Below, piece by piece: positions 22,636 to 33,710 of a DNA stretch of 64,000 bases. This DNA is from Oopsacas minuta (taxonomy: Eukaryota; Animalia; Porifera). Below the pieces are notes generated by a model, which was not told the origin of the DNA, did no database searches, and saw only the letters and a program-made list of their open reading frames with translations. Every line of letters begins with the position of its first letter. The first letter of the stretch is position 1. The translations under genes were made by a program, and so were the position numbers. The DNA is taken from positions 605,715 through 669,714 of the forward strand of contig JAKMXF010000188.1 of the NCBI GenBank assembly GCA_024704765.1, given 5' to 3'.

Positions 22636-23918
22636 GTTCGAACAAATTGATGTATAAATTGTATTCATAAATGAGGTCATTTCCACCAAATGTTATATGT
22701 GGTATGGTTGAATCCTTACTACAATGCTTCCATTGAGTTGTCTTTTTTTCAATACTAATGGATATTATTCATCGATATATTAGTACTAGGGATTACAATC
22801 CTGGGATTTCGGGATTGATATTTGGGATTCAGAATATTTCCAATCCCTGGATTTTCGGGATTGTATCTAGCGAACAAATTTTGTAAATGTCAATTAGGAA
22901 AATTTGGAGAAGGAAGATACATATCTAATTTGAAACTTGGCAAACACAAACATAATATTCTGAATTTATGATGTAGTAATATGAATTTAAATAACTACTT
23001 TTTATTGTTCCTAATTAAGCAAAGGGTATTTAATGTTGTGTCGCTTAGTATCGTAACATTTGATTATTGGAGAAAACCTATTTATAGCTTAGTGATACAA
23101 GTACTTGTAATCGTCCTATATTCTTGTTGTTATTTAACACTCACTACTGTAAGTTACCATTGTAAATTGGTTATCGTTTTTCAAGCACGGACAGAGACAT
23201 CATAATAGGCCACAGGGTAAACTGACCGTGCTGCTATAAAACTATTGGTCTCTACAATTTTTTGGTAGAGCAAAATTGATCCTATTATTTTGCCAAATTA
23301 GGTACGAAAAAGATTTACCTTAAATAGAGCTAATTCATAAAATAAAATTCTCAACAACCCGAAAATGTGCAAAGAGATAGTGGTACAACATGTAGAGTGC
23401 GGCTATATTAACTCTGATCCAACTGTAATACTCGTGTGATATTATTATTTATCACAGGCAAGGACGTCGCCAGGATTTTTCAGCTAGGGGGGGCACGAAG
23501 TTTTCCAAGGGGCATGACAATGGGCAAGGTGTTTCACGAGTTTAGCAGGAGCATGCCCAGTGGCGGATCAATAAATTGCGTCGTGTGGCTTTGATATATG
23601 GGGGGCACAAATTTAATCTGGTTGTCAACAAGTTCTAGATGTTTCCTACCAGATTGAATTTGTGCACCCCAGATTTCAAAGCCTTTGGGCGCTGTAAACA
23701 ATCAGTAAGGTCCAAGAGCCAAACAATTGAAAGAGATAACGTTTGGTCTGCAATTGCCCCAGAAAGTTTTTTTTCTGGTCGAGTAATGTGCATCTCGGAG
23801 AATATTTAGGGGGCCCCAGTCACATATCACGACGCTACTGCAGCTGGGGGTCTGATGTGATGTAGGTCTTCCAGTCGTGACGGGGCGTAGCCCTTGGACA
23901 ATAAGTTATAATAGCTAC

Positions 23919-26621
23919 CAGGCTTGGACCGGGTCATGATTTCCTGACCCGGTAGAAAAGGTTGAAACCTCTGACCCGGTGACCCGGTTTCGTTATTTGA
24001 CCCGGTTTTTCAAAACATTAATTTTCTATGTTCATGCGATTTGATAACGATTAGATTTTACTAAGTTTTAATATCCAGGGATTTGGCAATTAAAATCCAG
24101 GGAAATTTGTAGAAGGGGTTGATAAGTCTGAACAAGGCATAGTGTTTTAAAACTCGCCTAGGGTCCTAATAGTTAAAGTTGGGTTATATAGCAGCTGGGG
24201 CCCTAGTGTTTTCTGTTAGCACCATATTTTTGTTCCAGAAGTCCTGAAAATATGTTCTGATTTTGATATATGAAATTTACTATATTTAAGTAACGCTAAG
24301 AACAAATTATAATTATGATTAATGGAGATAAAGATTAGAAATATAATTGGAGATATACTAAGTGAAGTCTGTCATATTATCTTCTTTTTCAATGCATCAT
24401 TAAGAAGAACTAACCCTTCCACTGTATCTGGATTCAATTTTGCCCGATCTTTCCTCGTACCGCGACCGGCAGAACTAAAGTGGCGTTCCGATTCAGCCGA
24501 ACTAGCCTGAATTACTAAAAATGACTGTGACAGGAAACTGGGAATTGGGAATCTGCAACTGTGTTCCCCCCGCCACTTTATAGGATCAAAGATATCTTCA
24601 TCATATTGGATGGAAATGATCTTTTCATAGTCTGTTAATTCTGATCTCAAATTTTCTTCATTCCAATTCGTATAATTATTAGTTGAAACTGTAGTACTAA
24701 AGTTCCTAAAGCATAAAAGTGGATCTAATCTGTTACTTTTAGGAGCTGATGGCAGAAGAGGTTCATCTACCTGATTTTCCTGAATTTGGAATTGTGGGGG
24801 AGGAATTAATTTCTCTTTAAATGCAAGTATAATACCTTCTCTTGCAGTTTTAATGAAAATGATGCGATCTTGTTTATTCTTCACGAATAGAAATGATTTT
24901 AGTGTAGGATAGAGGTAAGTTGCAATAAAATGGATAGAATTTAGAGATGTCTACACCTTTTGTACAAGTTCTTCTGTCATTATTCGTTTCAGAATACGTG
25001 TTAATGGATCATCATCTGTTTCTATTTCCCAAGCATTTTGAAGAGCATAATATGAAGGTGCCACATTCTGAATACTAGCTATAGATCCAAATTCGAGGAT
25101 ATCAAATATACGATTAAGTTTTTCAAAAAACTTCGTGACGATAGCCAAAAGATTCAAGTCTATTCCTGCAACAATGTAAACCTTATTCTTCTCTGTTAAT
25201 ATGTCTGATAACTTTCCATATGACTGCAAAATCGAGTTAAACATTGAGTAAAGACTTCTCCATGGCCTTGTCTTACCACCTCTTTTCAGTGATATAGGTA
25301 GTTCCGATTGAATTCCAGATGATTTTTTGCAAATGTAACTGCCTTATTAACGTCTTCATGAAGCTGGTCGAGTTCCTCATTTTCCATCATAGCTCGTTCC
25401 CATCCAGTTTTAATCGCGGTATTAATTCTGTGACAGGCACAATCTATCCTAATCTTTTGTGCAGTAGCAGCCACCATATTTGCTCCCTTGTCTGTTGTAA
25501 CAGGAGTATTAACAGGATCACAATATACTTCTGTTAAAATTTGATCTAGTTCCAACTCAATATTTTCAGAGGTTTTTAATTTGGAAAAAACTTTGCAAGC
25601 ATACATAGCGCGTTTGAGGGTCCATAATTCTTTACCAATATCACTCTCATCCGTACCCTGTGAAATCCAGAAAAAGGAAACATCTAGGTAACTTCGATTC
25701 ATAACATTATCTGTCCAAAGATCTGTTGTGAAAGCAACAGCATCCCTCTGTATTGGATCTTGGAGTCTAGAACAAATATCTTGTTTGATAGTAATGATCT
25801 GTTCAACTGTTGATTTTGATATAGCCTTTCGTCCAGGAAGTATATTAGAAGCACTCACATTACCATATTTAGCACCAATTCTGATCATTTCTTGAGAGAA
25901 AAGGATGAATTGTGGATTTCCAATGGTATTAAATGACAAAAATGCCCCCGCAACGAAATTCTACTAGAGATAAGAATTTTTGAGCATCCTGTTTATTTAT
26001 AATCCTTAGAACTTCTATTAAGAAGAGACGTGATTCTAACCTGTGAGGATGATGATACATCTGGACTACAATGTCGTGTGTGATCATTCAAATTCTTTGT
26101 TCCATAATCAATAATCTTACCACTGTCCATTTTCATTTTATCAATAATGCATTTGAGACAATGGTTACAGCATGATACTCCAAAAATAATGTTTCCGTTA
26201 TCGTTCAAAACTTCTGAAAAATATTTCCAACAAGTACTTATGTTCAAACGTGTGGAAGATTTTACTTTTAAGGTATAAATCTCATTTTCAACTTTCTTAC
26301 TAATACCAGCACAATCCATCTCTAAACATACAAAAGTATATTACATATCTATATACGTACATAAGAGTATATATGTATATAAGTATACAGTAGTAATGAT
26401 ACCAAACAAGTTAGTAAAATACTAATGATTCATGAAAATGAAACGTGTAACTAGTATTGACTGAATCTTTATGATTTACAAACCGTTATAATTTAATTAT
26501 CTATAAAGATATAAACCGGGTCAAGTCAAAATCAGTGACCCGGTTCAGACCCGGTAATTTATTTAAAATAGTGACCCGGTTGACCCGATGACCCGGTTTA
26601 TTCGTGACCCGGTCCAAGCCT
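23919..26621 (-). mobile_element. hAT-superfamily DNA transposon (about 2.7 kb), probably inactive
   Basis: Terminal inverted repeats CAGGCTTGGACCGGGTCA (23919–) and TGACCCGGTCCAAGCCTG (–26621). Multiple subterminal GACCCGGT repeats at both ends. No matching 8-bp TSD was found (ATAGCTAC versus AGTGACAC). Confidence 0.8.
24372..26319 (-). pseudogene. hAT transposase split over four frames: BED zinc finger, catalytic region, and hAT dimerisation domain
   Basis: ORF 25993..26319 has a BED-type C2H2 motif (CWKYF…CCNHC…H…HC). ORF 25286..25939 has …FTTDLWTDNVMNRSYLDVSFFWI…. ORF 24372..24884 has …SSAESERHFSSAGRGTRKDRAKLNPDTVEGLVLLN, the hAT C-terminal dimerisation motif. Confidence 0.75.
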
Positions 26622-27999
26622 GAGTGACACACATTATACTTCTTACATTTAGTATATTCAGAAAAATTATGATTTCGGAAGAATATGGCAAAAGGACTCA
26701 AACCCATATTACGATGGTTTGGGGCATGTACTTAAACTTTTAAAGGGCTTAACCCCTTGCCTGGAATAAATAATTAAATAAATAAATAATATTATACGGG
26801 TATTACAGTTGAAGCAGACTAAGTAGTAAGGGCTTGTAGAATAAACTGGGAACAAATGAGATACGTACATTTATCTGTAAAAATTAATTGCTAAACTTTA
26901 ATAATATAATTTCATTAGAATTTACCTAAATTTAGATAAAATTTTACAACTGCCCGAAACAGAACTTTTTGCTCTCATTCATCAACTTCGATCCAGGTAG
27001 TAAGATTGGGGGGTAGCCCCCAATTCAAATAGTATCTTCAGGGAAAATGGGGGAACTCCCCCTAAATAGAGCCCTACAATACTTACATACCAACTCCTTG
27101 TAACTGTTTGACTGGATATTTTTCTCAAATCCCTGAATTTTCAAGATATTCCCTAGATTTATAATTTAATATGCAAATAATATGGATTTCCCCCTTTTAT
27201 GAGAAAATATGCCAGATATTTCCAATATTTTCCCTAGATTTAGTAATTTCCCCCTTAATCCTGAGTCAAATAATCCTTGGATAATCCAGGGATCACTGGA
27301 TGGTTGGCAAGAATGAAATGTTATGTCGATTTTGTCAAATAAATGGATGGCATATTTTGATCAATCTTTCCCAATAACTTGACGACATTTTAGAGGAGTA
27401 GCAGCAAAAAAAGATTTTTGATGGTAGCCTCTCAAAATACATTCAGTTTTCTACTAATTCGAAATATAATAGATATTTTCAATATTATTGGAGGGGTCAG
27501 GCCCACCAGCGCTACGCCCACGGGTGTACCGGATGTTACATTTCCGTTGTTCGGAGGCAAAGACTAGTACTTAAAATAGGATCAATAACGGTCTACTATT
27601 GACTTTCAGAGTAGTTCGATACGTAGAAGCTGCATTTCTATTAGACATATGCTCAATCTAGTCCGTGTGACGAGGTATCCCATAGTTCAGGGGTTGCCCT
27701 CTATTTGGAAGGGCTTTTAGGAAGGTTTCACTGTATTCCTGTACAAATCACATTGGAAAAGTTAAAAATGTCCAGCAGACAGACTGGTAGTGGAGCTCAG
27801 GTTTGTGTATTTTTGTTCTTTTCAGGGCGGCAAGCACCCCCTGACCTCCCGTGCTGATGTCGACATGCACCAGATCCCGACTGATTTTGGGATGCTGGAT
27901 CTGATAAATATTTCAGGATATTCAATATTATTCATCCCCTACTGAACTTCATGTTCCATCCTCAAATCCTATGGATAAAATTCTAAATAATTATACTAC

Positions 28000-28560
28000 A
28001 ATTACCACCTATCTAACTTTTGAAAAGAAATCTCTAGCATCAATTTGAAATGTGCAAAAAGGTGTGAAAATATAATTAATCATATAGATATAAATTTGAA
28101 AATGTTAATTTTGTAACCTAATGCTCGATTACCCCTAACTAGCAGTTAAAACGAAATCTCAAGCATGATTTTGAATAATATGCAAAAAGGTATGAAAATG
28201 TGATTAATCATAAGACAGATCTGTGAATTTGTAACTTTCAGACTCTCAAAATCTCAAAATCGGACTACGCTCCCAATTACCCTGACTAAATGTTGAAACC
28301 TAATCTCTAGCTTGCTTTTGAATTTTCATGCAAAGGTGTCAAAATATGATTAATCACCAAAAGGTGTGAAATATTCACTTTAGAAAAATTCATATCCGAG
28401 TGCCGATCTCAGACCCGAAATGCATATATATACCAATTTTCACGTAAATCTGAGTGTTGGATTTGCACGACAGTGCAGACGAACTGACTTACGGACGTCG
28501 CACATCGTCTATGCCATTAGGCCATCTTCCTAATGGAGCTTCACAAAAAATTGATCCTGC
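28000..28560 (+). repeat. Three tandem about 130-bp R1 units plus the R1 tail module
   Basis: Units at about 28000, 28130 and 28270, each with …AAAGGTGTGAAAATATAATTAATCAT…. The tail 28340–28560 is the reverse complement of 46430–46630 and 61890–62110. Confidence 0.7.
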
Positions 28561-28846
28561 CTAGAATTCTTTTAGAATTAGAGTTAATTCATCAAAAGTA
28601 CTATGGGGACCATTTTTGGCTGGCCAAATTTTGTCTCCCGGACCAATTGTGGCGTGACAGAGCTACATAAACTTTATTTGATCTATGGGTGGGGATAGTG
28701 AGATCCGAGTATTTACAGCTAGATATATTTAACCGTATGTTCTATCTGGAATTGTTAATTGCGATCTCCGATTATGTGCAGGTTTTATGCTTGATAGCAT
28801 GTACTAGGCTAAGTGTCGCTTCCTCCCTTCCCATATTCATAAATAT

Positions 28847-31800
28847 ATGTGTTATAGTGGTGTATTTGTACAGGCAGCAGATGTCATATTATCCTCTGCA
28901 CTGATAGACAGAGAAGAGATAGTTCGCTATGAGGCAACATTACAATATATTAGACATCCCAAAGCCGATGAAATGTCAGATATCCTATCTGACTATTATA
29001 ACTACACAAAGGTCCAGCAATCTCCAGCCGGAGCAACAAATCGTAGAATCAGGAGGTTTAACATATTCAATGCTTTATCGTTCCATCTACAATCTCCAAG
29101 TTTTAATTGGAGGAAACAAATTGGGAGCGATGAATTTGGTGCTTCAATGGGTCTCATTATACGTAATGTAGTGGAGCTTGATATCAAGCCATTGTCTGGA
29201 AAATTTGAGGTTGATGTTCATAATGAAGCCTATTTCGTTGCATACATTACCTATATTAATTTAAGATTTGATATCTTTCGTGCCAGGGTTTGCTTTAAGG
29301 GGTACATCGCATATAATTTTAATATTCTGCAAGAATTTGGCATTAACTCATTTAGTGATCTAGCGAACATCTACGATAGAACAATAGGCGCTGTGGTAAC
29401 ACCAATTAAACAAGCAGTGGAGAGTTTTCGAGGAGCTTATGGCGACGTAGATGTTAGTTACATATTTGATAGACTTGTGGATGCTGTTTCTGAATTACCA
29501 TTTATCATTGATAATCTCGTGGTTTCTCCAACATTACGTAGAATCCTCCAGCAGTTACAACAACTACCGTTTATCCAGAAAGGTCTCATGTTAATAGATG
29601 ATGTCAACTCATTGTATGAGGATGTAAGGAGCGATGTTTTGATGTTTTACCAAGAGATTTCTGATTGTGTAACGGTTACATTGCCTTGGGTCGGGGAAAC
29701 AGTAAAAAAATCGATCGAAACTATTGGCAAATCGATAAAAGAGTTCTTTAGAAATCCACTCACTGCAATACGTGATGTGATTGTATCTGTATTTCAGTTA
29801 AGAACTGCAATTGATGCTGTTATTGACTGTAAAGATGTTTTGATAAAATCGGCTAAATTTGAGGGAGCTCACATACGAGGTTGGATGGAGTTATTGAACC
29901 ACTTGGGTGAAATATACACTTCAACAATTGAGGCTAAAGAGCTAATTATGATGCAGGCACAAATATTTTCTGAAGCTAGAGATGCTTCTACTTTCGAACA
30001 AGCCACGGGACTCAATCTGACCATTTTACGAATCAAAGTCTATGAAGATCTGAGGGTTGCCCTTGATGAATTCATTCAGCCACTTTCATCCCTCCGAAAT
30101 ATAATAGATCCCTTTATTGTCGCTTTTGCAAACGCTATTCAATTAATCAAAAACACAATAAGTGCTTATGAGACCCTGAAAAACGCATTTGAGTTGGCTA
30201 GGAATCTTATTGAACAACTTTTCGGGCTTAAATTCGATCGAAGATTTCCAAGAAAGCTAAGAGGAGATGATGGATGTGAAGTGTCAAATTGCCAGTGCGG
30301 ATTTTACCCAACAACCTCTGGAAATCCAGATACATATAAGATACATACATATAAGCCAGGCATACAGCTTGAAGTTGTAGTTTTAAAAAGTTTGGTCGCA
30401 CCAACCAATGGGTTATATTTGCGAATCCCAGATGATCGAGTACTGATTTTTCCGTCTGGCTCACTTAAAAGATACGTTATAATGATACATCATGTAGCCT
30501 TGATGGATAATATCACATATGAAGGAATCAATGTGCAGAGTGGAGAAAAGATAGGTACTGTTACGGATACAGGATGTTACCCTAACTTTATCCATGTCAC
30601 TGTAATGACGAGATCTGGAAAACCCCTCGACCCATCTAGGTTTTTAAAACCACGTTCGTTAGTATTTCCGGAATGGATAGAAGAATGTAATGACTATAAG
30701 TTAGTTGTCCTAGGCGATGTGATTCGGGAAGGAGAGGTGATTGGAAAACCTGAAAAAGAGAAGAAGAAAGAACGTGGTAGTTGCACAGATGGAGAGGAGT
30801 GTACCGACGCGAATATAGCAAAAGGAGTCCGTCCTCCAAGAAAGAGAACCTCATATACACCAAAGCATCAACAATCCATTTCTAAGAATTCTAAAGCCAA
30901 AAGCAAGTTACTAGCAAATGCTACATCGAATGGACCGAATGGGCCCATGAACCACGAGATAGATACCGATCTGAAAGAATTCCTTACAAGGGAAGATATT
31001 GAAGAGTATTCCAACTCTGGAGATTTTAGTTTGGTCGTTGGTGGTGGAAGAGGGAAAGATTATAATTTTTCTGTAAACTCAATTATACTGGGAACACTCA
31101 TCGATGCTCTATCGGATTTAGACGATCCAGAGATAAATGAGGTAATAACAACTTTGGAAAATACCATTGACTGCATACGGGAGGCAGTTGAGTGTTCAAA
31201 TGACCAGTTAATTGATCCTTCCCTACTCGATCTCACTTCTATTAAGAGCTCCCTTAAAGTTAGAGGGTTATCCGCTGAGGGAGACAAGGAACAACTTTTG
31301 GCACGACTAATAGAGTTACCTACAGATCTCTGTCCTGATATTCAAGCTGCAATCCCAAGGAATCGTTGGTGCTCAATAAGCGACGATTGCTTGACATTGA
31401 AGTGTGCTGCAGCTCTCAAATTAGACTTCCTGTCCTATTCTGTAACATTCCAAATTACATTAGATCCATGTACTTCCTCCATCATGCTGAAATTTCAAGA
31501 CTTTGAGAGAGTTATTGATCTTCCTGCAATTTCTGGTGGTTTAGAGCTGAACATACCAATTGAGTCAGTTGATTTATTAGACATTGCTACTCTTAATTTG
31601 GGTGTGAAAATAGTACGAGATGACTTAAATATCTTTCTAAACTTCAAAGCTTATCTCTGTGCTCCAGATACGACTTCTGAAGATTATTCACATTGCTTCT
31701 TTGATATTGAACTTCTAGCTAGAGCTGTATTCAAGATTCCTAGCCCGTTCAATTGTAACTCGAATGAGAGGAAAAGAGAGACTAGAGAGATTGAAACAAG

Positions 31801-33710
31801 TGATGTGACTTCATGTGGCATACATATCCCAGATTTTAGTAATATGACCCTTGCTGAGTTTGTTACCTACATCAAAGATCTTGGGGATATAGGATCAGCT
31901 GGTGCCTCAACTACTAACATCAACCAACTTATGCAAGACCTGAGGAATGTGTTTCTGACTGATTTGTTGGATTCAATAATTAGTGGTGAGAGTACAATTT
32001 CAGGTGAAGAGACTGATTTCCCGACTACCTTTGATATTTGTGTTATGGGATCTTTTGGAGTCCAAAAAGTCAGAAACTTTTTCACCAAAGGTCGGATTGT
32101 AATTATCGGATTTGTTCCAGTGAGTTTCCTAATTAGTCTGGATGGATTTTATGGTGTTGACTTAAACCTGAAATTGTGTTTTATAACCATGGCTGCTTCT
32201 GCGGAGGTAATACCAAGAACTGGTCTAATTTTAACGGGAAGTGTTGGACTTTCGATTGCCATAGCTGAGGTTGGAGTAAAGTTAGTTGGAAGGATCCTTG
32301 ATACAAGTCTACCAATTCAGCCCACCATTGGGTTTAAAAAGTTTCCTCTAGCACTAAGAATTCGTATTGACTTGAAAATAATACCTCTGAGCATTTCTAT
32401 ACGTTTCTTTCTAAAAATCGAATTCACTTTATTATTTATTACGGTCTCGGAGACTCTTTTCGATCACGAAGTTTTTCACTGGAGCGCACCTGCCATCCTA
32501 ATCAATCTCTTAGATGTTACTAATGCTGAACAAGATGATTCTCCTCCCCTATTTTCACCAATTGCCGACTCGACGAGATCACGGCGCTCCCTAGCGACAC
32601 CTTGTGATGTGAGTCAGATTGTAGGAAGAGACTACACAGACCCAGCATTTTTTCTTCAGATAAACGTAGCAGATGACAAGAGTCAAGTAGAACTCACTTA
32701 CTCTGTGGGTACATATCCAGGAGGAAATGACGTAGTTAGAGATGATAGAATGAATGGCAATACTGTATTAATTGCTAGGCAATTACTATCCAGTATTCCT
32801 CTCTATTGGACAGCAAAGGCCTCCAACTCTCAGGGAGTGTCTGCCGCCAGTGAATGTAGTCTCCCAACTTATGATACTACTCTTCCAATTGGTCGAGTAG
32901 ATTTCATGGAGTACATATATTCCAGTCACCCGTCAATACTCATTGGAGAGACTACTATTATCGACGATACAAACTTAAAGAGACACTTACAAGCTATTGG
33001 TTATGGACTTGGTCCTTTTGGTGACCAGACAGTTGGATTCATTTCATTTGACTTCGAACCTAATACTCCCATCAGTGTGAGTGGCACGATTGAGAATTTT
33101 ATCGCAGTGTTAAACAAACGGTTAGGTGTAATACCATTCAAAGTTTCCAGTGGTAAAGAGCTCGAGGAATGTGCAACAGACTGTCTGCAATTCCCTACTA
33201 AATGCTTCTCCTTCAACTATGCACCAGTTTCTCATATATGCGAGCTACTCAATGATATTGGCGGAGATTCTAGTCTGGAATTCGCATACGATCTTCAATA
33301 CAGTTACTATGAGAAGAGGGGAGTAGGGTATCGTGCAAGTTTGAAGCATGATAACCTCCCATTAGTACACAACACACTGTACTTTCTAAATATATATCTC
33401 ATGAATGAGCTCTTGTATGAGAGGTACCTCCACTCACCAGGAATTCTCATCGACTTTACTCCACCTGAACCTGGAATGATTGTGAATGCTAGCATGAACG
33501 AGACAAGACATGATGGTTGTTCAGCTGCATTTAATCAGAGATGTGAACCTCCTCAGTATGTAACTCCACTGAAGTATCATCATGTTTTACAAGATGGCGC
33601 TGGATCTGAATGTGTGTATAATGGTCCTGTAATAGGTACTGATAAGATGTATACCAGACAGAATTCTTTCTTGAGCATAGTATTCCATGGATTTCATGAT
33701 TTAGAAAGTG
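28847..33710 (+). CDS. Giant single-pass membrane protein gene, exon 1 (4.86 kb). It holds a helical N-terminal region, a LECT2/M23-like domain, a SAP-like motif, a furin-type RSRR site, a PAN-like Cys module and the first HYR/FN3-like repeats. Its true 5' end may lie upstream
   Basis: Uninterrupted 1640-codon ORF from ATG 28847. A strong GGTGAGT donor at 33711 lies inside the repeat motif (…FHGFHDLESG|). Splicing to the acceptor at 36086 restores the canonical ESGI motif in phase. An alternative phase-0 acceptor (TTTGTACAG) at 28872–28873 exists, and there is no signal peptide after the ATG. Confidence 0.65.

Noticed and set aside
28000-28420. Tandem about 130-bp repeats and the 4425–4487 minisatellite considered as possible CRISPR arrays
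   Set aside because: The units are AT-rich and imperfect, with no unique spacers of constant length and no cas genes. The locus is eukaryotic, with spliceosomal introns and metazoan genes. They are satellite or MITE repeats.
22635-28874. Fusing the LLTP-like gene and the giant gene into one transcript
   Set aside because: The phases are compatible (0/0), but that has a 1-in-3 chance expectation. There is no motif continuity across the putative junction, and a 6.2-kb intron would be atypical for this region. It is kept only as an open question.
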